A model generated the notes under the pieces. That model saw nothing but the letters and a program-made list of their open reading frames with translations, did not search any database and had not been told where the DNA came from. A stretch of 32,000 bases of DNA from Vibrio vulnificus CMCP6 (GTDB lineage Bacteria; Pseudomonadota; Gammaproteobacteria; Enterobacterales; Vibrionaceae), in contig NC_004459.3 of NCBI RefSeq assembly GCF_000039765.1, positions 1,680,001 to 1,712,000 of the forward strand. Direction: 5' to 3'. Position numbers and translations under genes: made by a program. Below are positions 16,581 to 26,683 of the stretch, one piece after another; positions within the stretch are counted from its first letter, which is position 1; each line of letters opens with the position of its first letter.

Positions 16581-17912
16581 ATGAATACGTCTATTTATCG
16601 CCAATTTTGGCGCTATACCATACCGACCATTGCCGCCATGCTTGTGAACGGCTTATATCAAGTGGTGGATGGTATTTTTATTGGCCATTACGTTGGTGCC
16701 GCAGGGCTTGCGGGGATTAATGTGGCGTGGCCACTGATTGGCTCTATTTTGGGTATCGGTTTAATGGTGGGAGTAGGGACGGGCGCGCTGGCTTCTATCC
16801 GACTTGGTGAGAAGCAACCGCAAAAAGCGCAAGCCGTGTTGTCGACGGGCTTGGTACTGTTGCTGCTGATGAGCCCTGTGGTGTCGATTTTGCTCTGGTG
16901 TTTTGCGGATGACTTTCTGCGTTTGCAAGGCGCGCAAGGAGAGGTGTTCCAACTCGGCTTACAGTATCTCGACGTATTGGTGTTTTCTTGCTTGTTCACC
17001 TTGGGCTCGATCGCAATGCCGATTTTGCTGCGCAATGATGGTAGTCCCAATTTGGCGACGATGCTGATGGTGTTGGGGGCGATCACCAATATCGTTCTCG
17101 ACTACCTGTTTATCGGTCTATTGCAGTGGCAGTTAACGGGGGCGGCAATCGCCACAGCATTGGCTCAAATGGTGGTACTACTGGTGGGGCTCAGTTACTT
17201 TTTTTCACGCAAAGCCAAACTGCGTTTGTCGAAGCACAATTTCTCGTTTCAATGGCGTTTGTTGCCACAAATTTTCGCTATTGGGACATCAAGCTTCTTT
17301 ATGTACGCCTATGGCTCCATGATGGTGGCGCTGCACAATAGCTTGTTGCTGAGCTATGGTAGCCCAGTGTTGGTGGGGGCTTATGCGATCCTTGGTTACA
17401 TCATAGTTGTCTATTATTTGATTGCAGAAGGAATTGCCAATGGTATGCAGCCATTAGCGAGTTTCTATCATGGCGCTGGACACAGTGACAATATCAAAAA
17501 GTTACTCAAAATTGCGATGAGCTCTGCGGTGCTGACGGGCATGGTGTTTATTGGTTTATTGAATCTATTCCCTGAGCAAGTGGTGGCGGTATTTAATGCG
17601 AACGACGCTGAACTGACTCAGCACACCATTACGGGGATACGACTCCATATGTTTGCCATGTTCTTAGATGGCTTTCTGGTGGTGACAGCGGCCTACTATC
17701 AATCGGTGAACCGTGGTGGAAAGGCGTTATTCGTCAGTATTGGCAACATGATGGTGCAACTGCCGTTTCTCTTCATTATGCCTAAATTGCTCGGTATTAC
17801 TGGGGTTTGGCTGGCTTTCCCATTGTCAAATATTGCACTGACCTTAGTGGTGGCGGTTATGCTATGGCGCGATATCAAGCGAATGCCTAAAAATCAGTGG
17901 GTTGAAGCGTAG
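16581..17912 (+). CDS. MATE-family multidrug/toxin efflux transporter
   Basis: About 443 aa with 12 hydrophobic segments. The N-terminus, FWRYTIPTIAAMLVNGLYQVVDGIFIGHYVG, is typical of MATE proteins. ATG 16581 is preferred to the adjacent tracked TTG at 16578. Confidence 0.88.
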   Translation: MNTSIYRQFWRYTIPTIAAMLVNGLYQVVDGIFIGHYVGAAGLAGINVAWPLIGSILGIGLMVGVGTGALASIRLGEKQPQKAQAVLSTGLVLLLLMSPVVSILLWCFADDFLRLQGAQGEVFQLGLQYLDVLVFSCLFTLGSIAMPILLRNDGSPNLATMLMVLGAITNIVLDYLFIGLLQWQLTGAAIATALAQMVVLLVGLSYFFSRKAKLRLSKHNFSFQWRLLPQIFAIGTSSFFMYAYGSMMVALHNSLLLSYGSPVLVGAYAILGYIIVVYYLIAEGIANGMQPLASFYHGAGHSDNIKKLLKIAMSSAVLTGMVFIGLLNLFPEQVVAVFNANDAELTQHTITGIRLHMFAMFLDGFLVVTAAYYQSVNRGGKALFVSIGNMMVQLPFLFIMPKLLGITGVWLAFPLSNIALTLVVAVMLWRDIKRMPKNQWVEA

Positions 17913-17957
17913 GTATATGGAAGAACATCGAAGAGTAGGAAAATAGAACGGTAAGAT

Positions 17958-17990
17958 AACAAAGAGGGTGCAAGCCCTCTTTGTTGTTTT
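17958..17990. terminator. Bidirectional terminator between the convergent MATE and ubiV genes
   Basis: AACAAAGAGGG-TGCAAG-CCCTCTTTGTT, with a T-run on the + strand and an A-rich 5' flank (a U-run on the - strand). Confidence 0.75.
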
Positions 17991-18002
17991 AACGGGATAA
18001 AG

Positions 18003-18881
18003 CTAGAGATTTTTCACCTCTAGGCCTGCAATTTGGTGCCAGTAGCCATTGCATTGACGGTCTTCGATTTGACGCGGCTGTGCGCCTTGTTCGTTGGCGC
18101 GAAATTGATCGACGGTCGTAAATGTCTCTAACCCTAATGGGCTGACACGCACCACATCCACCAATCCTTGCATGGCAGGGAGATCATTAATCAGGTTGTA
18201 GCAGTAACCGGATTGCGTCTGGATGCCATTGAGATTGAATACCGCTTGGCCTTCTTGGCTGTGCACTTGAATGCCCGTTGGGTATTTGATGCAGCAGGTT
18301 TCACAATCGTCTTTGGCTTTGTTTTCTGCACGGGCGGTAAAGCAGCGTGCGGAATAGGCGAGCGGCAAATAGCCATGGCTAAAGACTTCTACGTCAAATT
18401 GGTTGCGAATGCCCACTTCATCGCATTGGGTTAATACGTTTTGCAGCCATTCACGAGACAGCTCGACAGGCATGCACCAACGAATCATCCCTTGTTTAAG
18501 GAACAATTTAAGCGTGTGCGCATTGTATGTGTTGACTGCTGGGCCTACAACAAAGGGAACACGCTTTTCAAACGCCAACTGAATAGCCGATACGTCGTTC
18601 GCTTCAATGGCAAAGTCACCATTGTCGATGTACTTTTTCATCACGTTGACTTCGCTTGGGGCTTCGAGCAGTGCCATGGTAGAAAGCACCACTTGCTTGC
18701 CTGCACTGGAAAGCTCTTTCGCCAACTCAAACCAGTGCGCGGGTTTCATTTCACGGCGTTTAGAGCAGACCGATTCCCCCAAATAGATGATGTCGGCAGA
18801 GCTGTTTTTCGCTTGATGGTAAAAGTCTTCAACGTTCTGTTTGGGCCAGAAGTAAAGTAGCGGACCGAGTGAGTATTTCAT
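18003..18881 (-). CDS. ubiV: U32-family protein UbiV (YhbV), O2-independent ubiquinone biosynthesis
   Basis: The start is chosen at ATG 18881 ([15 protein letters not shown]...), preceded by an AAGGAAA RBS, giving 292 aa like E. coli YhbV. The tracked start at 18974 overlaps ubiU and is rejected. It lies 17 nt downstream of ubiU. Confidence 0.88.
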   Translation of the reverse strand: MKYSLGPLLYFWPKQNVEDFYHQAKNSSADIIYLGESVCSKRREMKPAHWFELAKELSSAGKQVVLSTMALLEAPSEVNVMKKYIDNGDFAIEANDVSAIQLAFEKRVPFVVGPAVNTYNAHTLKLFLKQGMIRWCMPVELSREWLQNVLTQCDEVGIRNQFDVEVFSHGYLPLAYSARCFTARAENKAKDDCETCCIKYPTGIQVHSQEGQAVFNLNGIQTQSGYCYNLINDLPAMQGLVDVVRVSPLGLETFTTVDQFRANEQGAQPRQIEDRQCNGYWHQIAGLEVKNL

Positions 18882-18898
18882 CTTGTTTCCTTGAATCC

Positions 18899-19912
18899 TT
18901 ATTGCCATTGACGATGATAAGCGCCGAGCGTGGTTTGTGTCCCTTCGGAGACATTCGCCAGTGCGGCATTCCAAGCCTCTTCCACTTGGTAGGCTTGCGG
19001 ATTCGCTTGGTAACGATCAATCGCCGCACGCCAAGTTCGAGTCACTTGCTCGACATAGGCAGGGCTACGCTGACGGCCTTCGATTTTTACCGAGGCGACA
19101 TTGGCGGCAAACAGTTCAGGCAGCAACGACAGCGTGTTGAGACTGGTTGGCTCTTCTAGTGCGTGGTAGCGTTTGGATTCCCCCTCTATGTGGGTATCAA
19201 AGCGGCCTTTACAGAGAGTCGGATAGCCTGCGTTCTCACCATGACCGTATTTGTCGATCAAAATGTTGTTGAGACGTGACTCTAACCCCGTTGGTGTTTC
19301 TTGCCAGCGCACATATTTGGCGGGTGAGCAAGCGCCGACGGTATTGGGAGACTCTCCCGTTAAATAGGAAGACAAGTAGCAGCGGCCTTCTGACATGATG
19401 CACAAGCTACCAAAGGCAAAAACCTCCAACTCTACCCCTTGTGGGATATTACGTGACAGTTGCTTCACTTGATGAATCGACAATACGCGCGGTAGTACAA
19501 CGCGTTTAACATTGAAATTCTGCTGATAAAACTCGACCGCTGCGACATTGGTGGCCGAGGCTTGAACCGATAAATGCAGTTCAAGGTGAGGGTATTTTCG
19601 TGCTGCATACTCTAACACAGCGATGTCGGCAACGATCAGAGCATCGATACCCAATGCCGCCGCCATATCGACCGCATTTGTCCAACGCTCAAAGCCATCT
19701 GGATGCGCAAACGTGTTCAAGGCGACGTGAATTTTTTTCTGGTGATCGTGGACGTATTGAACCGCTTTCTCGAGTTTTTTCCCGCTGAAGTTCAGTCCAG
19801 CGAAATGACGGGCATTTGTATCATCTTTAAAGCCGATATACACCGCATCGGCACCGCAGTCGATGGCGGTTTTCAGAGCAGGAAGATTACCTGCTGGACA
19901 AAGGAGTTCCAT
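18899..19912 (-). CDS. ubiU: U32-family protein UbiU (YhbU), O2-independent ubiquinone biosynthesis
   Basis: 337 aa, [28 protein letters not shown]..., the typical peptidase-U32 N-terminus. It is paired with ubiV and close to ubiT-yhbS, as in E. coli. Confidence 0.88.
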   Translation of the reverse strand: MELLCPAGNLPALKTAIDCGADAVYIGFKDDTNARHFAGLNFSGKKLEKAVQYVHDHQKKIHVALNTFAHPDGFERWTNAVDMAAALGIDALIVADIAVLEYAARKYPHLELHLSVQASATNVAAVEFYQQNFNVKRVVLPRVLSIHQVKQLSRNIPQGVELEVFAFGSLCIMSEGRCYLSSYLTGESPNTVGACSPAKYVRWQETPTGLESRLNNILIDKYGHGENAGYPTLCKGRFDTHIEGESKRYHALEEPTSLNTLSLLPELFAANVASVKIEGRQRSPAYVEQVTRTWRAAIDRYQANPQAYQVEEAWNAALANVSEGTQTTLGAYHRQWQ

Positions 19913-20038
19913 ATGCTCACTACAAATTGAGACGAAAAGGGTGTGGGCATTTTATGAAGGAATATGAATAGCAGAATTGATGTAAGTTAGGTTTGGCGCA
20001 ATAAATTGAGATTTACCTCTTTTGGAGAGGGGAGAAGG

Positions 20039-22078
20039 TCAGTTTTTATGGCGACGATTTTGTGCAAATAGTTCTTCTATCTCATGTTTAGGCTGGGGGC
20101 GATGGAAATGGAACCCCTGGATCGAGTGACAACGCAAATTCGACAGGAGTGCCGCTTGTTGATGAGTTTCTACCCCTTCGGCCACGACGGTGAGATTGAG
20201 AGATTTGCCGAGATTAATGATGTTTTCAATCACCGTGACCTGCTTCGGTAAAACGTCAATGTCATTGATAAACGCGCGGTCGATCTTCAGTTCATCAATC
20301 GGGAAGCGGGCTAAATACGCCAGTGAGGAATAACCGGTACCAAAGTCATCGATGGAGAGTGAGAAGCCCAGTTTCTTAATCGCGTTGAGCATCTGAATGG
20401 TGTGGTCACTGTCACTCATTACCGCACTTTCAGTCAGCTCGAAAGTGATGCAGTTAGGGTCTAACTCCGTGGTTCTCAGGAGTTTTTCCATAAAGTCGAT
20501 CAACTGAGGGTTGCCAAATTGCTCTGGCGATAAGTTAATCGCAACGCGACCAGGCAGAATTCCTTGGAGTTTCCAGCGTTTGACCGTGTTGAATACATCC
20601 CGCATGACCACACGACCTAAGTGCTCAATCAGGCCTGCTTTTTCAGCGACAGGAATGAAGGCCGCAGGGCTAATGTATCCTTCGACAGGGTGCTTCCAGC
20701 GTACTAACGCTTCGGCGCCATTAATGCTGAAGTCACGCGCATTAACTTTCGGCTGGTACCACACTTCAAGGCCATTTTGCTGTAGCGCTTTTTGCAGTTC
20801 GATCTCCAACCAAAGGCGCATACGCGCTTCTTTGTTCATCTGGTCATTAAACTTGATGAGACGGTTACGGCCGCGATCTTTGGCTTCGTACATCGCGGTA
20901 TCGGCATTTTGCAGCAGCACACGTGCATCTTGGCCATCTTCAGGATAACGAACACTGCCGATAGAACAGGCAAGGCGCTTGCTGAAATGGTGTAAATCAA
21001 ATGGCTGATTAATTAAGGAGATGATGCGCTCAGAGAGCAACTCGGCCATGCGGTTGTTTTCCGGCTCAGGCAAGATGACGCCAAACTCATCGCCCCCGAG
21101 ATGACCAATCACCGAGTGTTGTGGCAACAGTCGTTTCAGACGAGCTGCCACTTCAAGAATCACTTTGTCACCAATGTGGTGGCCCAGCGAGTCATTGATG
21201 TTTTTGAAGTTATCGATATCGAGATAAAACAACAACAAGGGGGTTTGGCTCTTAATCAACTGCTCCAGACGTTTGGTAAAACCGAAGCGGTTGTAGAGCT
21301 TCGTCAGGGAATCGATATGAATATCATCGCTGTTTTTCACCGAAAGATGTTTTGGCGTTTCATCAGCGTCTTGGATCAAGATGATTTGAGATTGGTTGCC
21401 CAGCACGGTGGTGAAATCTGCATGCAACTGAACGCGGCGCTCAAAGCCACAACGTGCACTGGTCATACAGACAAACGCTTTTTCGGAAAGCAGTGAGCAG
21501 AGTTTATGGCTAAACACCATCTTGCTCTTCTCATCCATAAATAATCGACTGAGCTCTTCGCCAAGCAAGTCATGCTGCGAATTGAAACCAAGCAGCCTAG
21601 CCGCAGCGGGGTTTGCTGAGAGAATGGTGTCTTCTTCCACCAGCAGTAAACCATCGGGCAGTAGTTGCGTTAAACGAGAAAACTTGGTTTCTGACTCTTC
21701 TAGGGATTTGACGAGAATGTGTTTTTCAGAGGTATCAATCGCTTGAAAAAGAAGGTGAGAAATCTGTTCACCATCTTCCACAGGGGACAAACTAAAATGC
21801 AAACTGGTTTCAAGATCGGTTTCATCGAGGGTGATTTCGGCCTCAATACTTTCACCGAGCAGAGCTCGGTCGTAGTAAGGCTTTAGCTTTTGGTAAAAGT
21901 TGTCACCTAAAATTTGTGCATCATTCATCCCTATTAGCTCTTCCTGAGCTAACCCCGCAACGTCGCAATAACGTTCATTCACCAAGCAATAGTTATGTTG
22001 CTTATCAAGAATAGCGAAGAAAAAAGGGCTATTAGAAGTCAGTTTATTAAACCAATGGTGCATTTGCTTGGAAGGCAT
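20039..22078 (-). CDS. Cytoplasmic PAS-PAS-GGDEF-EAL c-di-GMP turnover protein
   Basis: ATG 22078 is preferred to the adjacent tracked TTG at 22081. Motifs present: LGGDEFGVIL, EALVRW, DDFGTGYSS, EGVET and QGFHF. Two PAS-like regions lie in the N-terminal 240 aa. No RxxD I-site is present. Confidence 0.9.
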   Translation of the reverse strand: MPSKQMHHWFNKLTSNSPFFFAILDKQHNYCLVNERYCDVAGLAQEELIGMNDAQILGDNFYQKLKPYYDRALLGESIEAEITLDETDLETSLHFSLSPVEDGEQISHLLFQAIDTSEKHILVKSLEESETKFSRLTQLLPDGLLLVEEDTILSANPAAARLLGFNSQHDLLGEELSRLFMDEKSKMVFSHKLCSLLSEKAFVCMTSARCGFERRVQLHADFTTVLGNQSQIILIQDADETPKHLSVKNSDDIHIDSLTKLYNRFGFTKRLEQLIKSQTPLLLFYLDIDNFKNINDSLGHHIGDKVILEVAARLKRLLPQHSVIGHLGGDEFGVILPEPENNRMAELLSERIISLINQPFDLHHFSKRLACSIGSVRYPEDGQDARVLLQNADTAMYEAKDRGRNRLIKFNDQMNKEARMRLWLEIELQKALQQNGLEVWYQPKVNARDFSINGAEALVRWKHPVEGYISPAAFIPVAEKAGLIEHLGRVVMRDVFNTVKRWKLQGILPGRVAINLSPEQFGNPQLIDFMEKLLRTTELDPNCITFELTESAVMSDSDHTIQMLNAIKKLGFSLSIDDFGTGYSSLAYLARFPIDELKIDRAFINDIDVLPKQVTVIENIINLGKSLNLTVVAEGVETHQQAALLSNLRCHSIQGFHFHRPQPKHEIEELFAQNRRHKN

Positions 22079-22345
22079 CAAAGTACTACCCGTCTCCAGA
22101 GAGCGTAATTAATCGTCCATGTCATGAAATCGCTGAAACGCAATCACTATAACTGTGATAATAGCGTTATTAAAGGCTTTATCAGTACAAGTGTGACAAT
22201 ATTTCATTCAAGGTCAAAAAAACGTCGCTGATTGTTATTATTTTAAACAACGCGATATGAAATCGTTTTTTGACGCACAACAGTAATTCATCACATGCTA
22301 TCAACTAAGATAGTCGCATTTATGACAAAGTAACGGAAAATAAGC

Positions 22346-22873
22346 GTGATAAACAAGATTCGCAGTCAACTAGTTCAAAATGCCGCATCAATTTTGCGAT
22401 CTCCAGTCCAGTTATTGCCTCAAATTGTACATAAAAAAGTCTTGCTTGAAGGGCTCAAATTGGTCTTCAAAGAAGCTTTAGAAGATGGCGATTTTGAATT
22501 TTTGGAAGATAAGTGGTTGAAGGTAGAGGTGAAAGATCTCAAGCTGCATTGGTTCATAAGTTATCAAAATGATCAACTTGTTATTGCCGAACAACCTGTT
22601 TCGGAAGATGTGTGCTTCTCAGGCAATTTAAATGACTTAGTGCTGATTGCTGGCAGAAAAGAAGATCCGGATACGCTATTTTTCCAACGTCGTTTGACGA
22701 TTGAAGGCGACACCGAGCTTGGCCTAGAGGTTAAAAACCTAATGGACAGCGTTGATTTGGAGCAATTGCCAAAAGCCATGCAGTTGGCGCTAAATCAGTT
22801 AGCAGATTTTGTTCATAAAGGAGTACAATCGCCTCAAACACAAATTGGGGTAACAAATGCTTATTCGAACTGA
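22346..22873 (+). CDS. ubiT: SCP2-domain ubiquinone-biosynthesis accessory factor UbiT (YhbT), GTG start
   Basis: 175 aa. It aligns by eye along its whole length with my recollection of E. coli YhbT, for example DPDTLFFQRRLTIEGDTELGLEVKNLMDSVDLEQLPKA. Confidence 0.85.
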   Translation: MINKIRSQLVQNAASILRSPVQLLPQIVHKKVLLEGLKLVFKEALEDGDFEFLEDKWLKVEVKDLKLHWFISYQNDQLVIAEQPVSEDVCFSGNLNDLVLIAGRKEDPDTLFFQRRLTIEGDTELGLEVKNLMDSVDLEQLPKAMQLALNQLADFVHKGVQSPQTQIGVTNAYSN

Positions 22874-23360
22874 AGCACCGGCCGATATATTGGTTATCGA
22901 TAGTCTGCTAAAACAGGTATTTCCAACAGACGCGGAAGCCAACTTGGTCATGACACTAAGAGAGAATGGTCGTCTGACACTGTCGTTGGTGGCTTGTACT
23001 GACGAAGGGGAAGTGGTTGGCCATGTCATGTTTACGCCGATGACGTTGAATGGCGAAGAAAATGGCTGGCAGGGGCTTGCGCCACTGGCGGTCAAAGCGG
23101 AATATCAAAAGCAAGGCATCGCCGCATCGTTAGTCAAAGAAGGCTTAACTTCGCTGTTGGAGTTTGGTTATCCAGCGTGTTTTGTCTTGGGTGACCCTCA
23201 GTACTATCAGCGTTTTGGTTTTACTGCCGCCAGCGAGATGGGCTTTGAGTGCCAATGGCCAGTGCCAGAAGGTGCGTTTCAAGCGTTTGCCATGGCGGCG
23301 GGTGAGTTTGATGCCAAACAAGGGCGAGTGGAATACGCGCCAGAGTTCGCTGCTCTTTGA
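22857..23360 (+). CDS. yhbS: GNAT-family N-acetyltransferase (YhbS-like)
   Basis: 167 aa, MLIRTEAPADILVIDSLLKQVFPTDAEANLV...LAPLAVKAEYQKQGIA, resembling E. coli YhbS. It overlaps the ubiT 3' end by 17 nt, consistent with an operon. Confidence 0.82.
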   Translation: MLIRTEAPADILVIDSLLKQVFPTDAEANLVMTLRENGRLTLSLVACTDEGEVVGHVMFTPMTLNGEENGWQGLAPLAVKAEYQKQGIAASLVKEGLTSLLEFGYPACFVLGDPQYYQRFGFTAASEMGFECQWPVPEGAFQAFAMAAGEFDAKQGRVEYAPEFAAL

Positions 23361-23501
23361 TGGAATCGGCTTTGTTGCTGATTCAATGAATGATCCTTAA
23401 CTTAGGTGCTCTATCCTAAGTTGAGGTGAATTCCCCAATCTCGTTATTACTTTCTTGGGCTTTTTTGTTAGTATGCCGCGGTATCTTTGAGTAACGAAAC
23501 G

Positions 23502-23903
23502 ATGACTGAAAACGAAAAGTTGTATTTACAGGAAATGGGTATTTCGCTTTGGCAATTGCATCATCCAGAACGGATGATGGGCTATGAAATGCCAACCTTT
23601 TCCCTGCCTGAAGAGTGCCAGTTACTGTTGATCGCACCGAGTTGCCCCATTTCGCAAACGGCACTATTTTTTGAAAAAGTGCTTAAAAGCATGCAACTTG
23701 AATTGTCTCAAGCAAGGCACATTACCCCAGAGCAATTAAGCACGCTCGAACCACATTCTTTGCAATGGGTTTGGTTTGCGGGCTGTCCTGTTCAACCTCT
23801 TCCTATGGTAGCTAAAGTGCTCCAATCGCCAGAGTTGGCTCAAATTGATGGTCATAATGAGCATCGTCGTGCGCTGTGGCAACAGATCCGTTCTTATGAG
23901 TAA
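23502..23903 (+). CDS. holD: DNA polymerase III psi subunit
   Basis: ATG 23502 (MTENEKLYLQEMGISLWQL...) is preferred to the tracked TTG at 23487. The C-terminal RRALWQQIRSYE matches the HolD pattern. It is followed by rimI, as in E. coli. Confidence 0.82.
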   Translation: MTENEKLYLQEMGISLWQLHHPERMMGYEMPTFSLPEECQLLLIAPSCPISQTALFFEKVLKSMQLELSQARHITPEQLSTLEPHSLQWVWFAGCPVQPLPMVAKVLQSPELAQIDGHNEHRRALWQQIRSYE

Positions 23904-23909
23904 TCCAAT

Positions 23910-24362
23910 ATGAGTTGTATGATCGTTCCTATGTCTCAGGAGCACCTTGAGGCTGTTTACCATATTGAAGGTCGTGCACATTCGCACCCTTGGGCAGAGA
24001 GCTTGGTGAAGGATCTCTCCAGTCGCGGTGCGATGCATCGTGTATTGCTGGTGGATGGCGAAGTAGTCGGCTATTTCTATGCACAAAACATCGTTGGCGA
24101 GCTCACCTTACTTAACATCGCAGTGTGCCCCAAACAACAAGGCAAAGGCTATGGCCGCCAGTTGTTAGACGCATTTATTGATGAAGGTGAAGCGGCAAAC
24201 GCGGAAAGTGCGTGGTTAGAAGTGCGTGAGAGCAATGTGAACGCCATTCATCTCTATCAAGAGATGGGTTTTAACGAAGTGGATCGTCGCCGCAATTACT
24301 ATCCTACTCAGTCAGGGAAGGAAGACGCGATCATTATGAGTTACTTATTTGGTTGCTTTTAA
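23910..24362 (+). CDS. rimI: Ribosomal-protein-S18-alanine N-acetyltransferase
   Basis: 150 aa. YHIEGRAHSHPW, LLNIAVCPKQQGKGYGRQLL and RRNYYPTQSGKEDAIIM match RimI. Confidence 0.88.
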   Translation: MSCMIVPMSQEHLEAVYHIEGRAHSHPWAESLVKDLSSRGAMHRVLLVDGEVVGYFYAQNIVGELTLLNIAVCPKQQGKGYGRQLLDAFIDEGEAANAESAWLEVRESNVNAIHLYQEMGFNEVDRRRNYYPTQSGKEDAIIMSYLFGCF

Positions 24363-26397
24363 CTTTGCTTGAATGACTCTCTTGGTGCTGACGGCTTTCA
24401 CGTAATTTCTGCGTGATCATCTCCACAGGGAGCGGCTTGCCAAAGAGATACCCCTGAAATTGTTCACAACCGAGTTCGACCAATGTGTTGAACTCTTCTT
24501 CTGTTTCTACCCCTTCGGCAATGACTTCTAAACTTAAGCGCTCAGCAATCATAATGATCGTTGAAACAATGGCTTGGTCGCTTTGATCAAGATGCAACTG
24601 AGTGACAAAGGAGCGGTCAATTTTCAGTACGTCCACCGCTAGATGTTTGAGATAGCGGAGTGAGGAATAACCGGTGCCAAAGTCATCGATCGAGATTTTG
24701 AGATCCAGTTCTTTTAGCTCTGCCATTTTATTGATCGCGCTTTCGACGTTTTCCAATAGCAAGCTCTCAGTGATCTCCAATTCAATATGCTCACCCGTGA
24801 TATTGGCTTGTTTTAATGCATGAGTGATGTGTTCGACAAAGGCATTTTTAGAGAACTGCAATGGGCTAATGTTGATGGCAAGTCGATGGAACGTTTCAGG
24901 CAAAACTTGTTCTTTTTTCCACTGAGCGTATTGAAAACACGCTTGCTCAATAATCCAATCACCAATTTGCAGAATTTGCCCCGTTTCCTCTGCTATGGGC
25001 ATAAAGACTCCGGGAGGAAGCACGCCTTTTTCTGGATGGTTCCAACGGATGAGGGCTTCCACTCCGATAATTTGTTGCTGTGCGTTGACCTGAGGTTGGT
25101 AGTAAAGCTCAAGTTGCCCTTTGTGCAGTGCTTCATGCAGCCCTTTCTCTATCTCCAAAAAAGACTCCACTTGCGCCTGCATTTCTGGTTCATAAAACAT
25201 GTATTTATTGCGTCCGGCGACTTTGGCGCGATAGAGCGCCGTATCGGCCTGACGGAGCACATCAATGCTCGAGATGCCTTTGTCTGCAAACGTGGAAATA
25301 CCAATACTGACCGTGCAATACAGTTGGTGATCGTCAATGGAATAAGGGTTTGAGATCAAGGTGAGCAACTGCTTCGCTTTGTTGGCGGCATCTTCTTTAT
25401 TGAGTTTCGGGATCAAAATGGCGAACTCATCCCCACCAATGCGTGCGGCAATTTCTCCGGGTTGTAGCCATGCTTCTAGGCGTTTCGCAATGGTGCGCAT
25501 TAAGTTGTCACCAATGGTATGCCCTAGGGAGTCGTTAATGGTTTTGAAACGGTCGAGGTCGAGATAAAACAGTACTCCTGGGTATTGCTCGCTTTGTGAC
25601 TCTTTAAGGGTTTCATTGAGGCTTTTTAGCAGCAAGCTGCGGTTGGCTAAGCCTGTTAGGGTATCGAAGTAAGCCAATTGGTTGAGCTGACTTTCTGCTG
25701 CCGCGCGCGCTTGCCAGAGATTGTGAAATGAAAGCGCGAGTCGACCCAGTTCATCATTGTTGTTACCGGGAGGCAGTTCCAAGGCATTTTTTCGATTTTG
25801 CAGCGAATTCACCCAATTAATCAGCGTGATAATGGGCTTTGATAGCTTAAAGTAAAAGAAAAACAACAAGATAGAGGTGAGTAATATATTGCGAAACAGA
25901 TCGAACAAGACAATTCGAGTTGATTTCTTAATAAAGGCATCGGCGATGCTAGAGCCATCAACCGAGAAACTCAATTCACCAACAATTGCATTGGCGTTGG
26001 GTTGATGCAGTTCTGTTTTGTAAAACGGTTGAGCGGGGGTCAGTATTTTAGACAACAGCTGAGTCGTTAGGCTCTGAGAATCAATTTCACGGTGCTTTTG
26101 GGTCAGCACGTCTCCAAAATCGTCGACGATTTTTACTCGGTAGATGGCATTGTCCATCATTAGGGTCGAGGCAACCTGCTCGGCGAGCAGATGATTCAGA
26201 TGATATGCGGCTTGGCTGGCATTGGAATAGTTTTGCAGCAGCTTAAACTGGTAGTGCTCTTCAATACGGCGTTGCTCTTGGTGCAGATCAGCCAAAATGT
26301 GGTACAAGCTGAAACACAGTCCCAATACAACGGAAACCAGAAAAACGGTTCTGGCTTGCTTGAAAGCTAATGAATGCACTTTTTTGTTTCTAAGCAT
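24334..26397 (-). CDS. Membrane-bound sensor GGDEF-EAL protein (2 TM, periplasmic loop, HAMP-like linker)
   Basis: 687 aa. The TM segments are TVFLVSVVLGLCFSLYHIL and ILLTSILLFFFYFKL. Motifs present: RIGGDEFAILIP, EALIRW, DDFGTGYSS, EGVETEEE and QGYLFGKP. The 3' end overlaps the rimI 3' end by 29 nt, convergently. Confidence 0.9.
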   Translation of the reverse strand: MLRNKKVHSLAFKQARTVFLVSVVLGLCFSLYHILADLHQEQRRIEEHYQFKLLQNYSNASQAAYHLNHLLAEQVASTLMMDNAIYRVKIVDDFGDVLTQKHREIDSQSLTTQLLSKILTPAQPFYKTELHQPNANAIVGELSFSVDGSSIADAFIKKSTRIVLFDLFRNILLTSILLFFFYFKLSKPIITLINWVNSLQNRKNALELPPGNNNDELGRLALSFHNLWQARAAAESQLNQLAYFDTLTGLANRSLLLKSLNETLKESQSEQYPGVLFYLDLDRFKTINDSLGHTIGDNLMRTIAKRLEAWLQPGEIAARIGGDEFAILIPKLNKEDAANKAKQLLTLISNPYSIDDHQLYCTVSIGISTFADKGISSIDVLRQADTALYRAKVAGRNKYMFYEPEMQAQVESFLEIEKGLHEALHKGQLELYYQPQVNAQQQIIGVEALIRWNHPEKGVLPPGVFMPIAEETGQILQIGDWIIEQACFQYAQWKKEQVLPETFHRLAINISPLQFSKNAFVEHITHALKQANITGEHIELEITESLLLENVESAINKMAELKELDLKISIDDFGTGYSSLRYLKHLAVDVLKIDRSFVTQLHLDQSDQAIVSTIIMIAERLSLEVIAEGVETEEEFNTLVELGCEQFQGYLFGKPLPVEMITQKLRESRQHQESHSSKVKSNQISNS

Positions 26398-26683
26398 ACT
26401 GATGACCGCAGTGAATTACTCTTTTAGTTATAGACGATATTTACCGTTTGGTTAATTCTCAACCTGAAATTAAGAATCAGTGCTGTTTCTCTAAGTTTGT
26501 GTCGAGTGTGCTGTATTATCATTGAGACAGAATGCAAACATCTCGGCTTTTTCGACGAGGAAATGGGATCACTTTGTATGCTTAATGATACTCGAGTAAA
26601 TATTTATTGAGACGTAATGCGAAATCTTGAAAGGAATTCGAGAGCATTACAACGTCAGTAGTGGGGATGTAGGATGGTGAACC

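Noticed and set aside
19913-20038. A search for an FNR box (TTGAT-n4-ATCAA) upstream of ubiU, and in the 22082-22345 spacer upstream of ubiT, because these genes are anaerobically induced in E. coli.
   Set aside because: Only half-sites were found (for example TTGATGTAAGTTAG, and TCACATGCTATCAA in the ubiT spacer). Neither has both halves, so no site is claimed.
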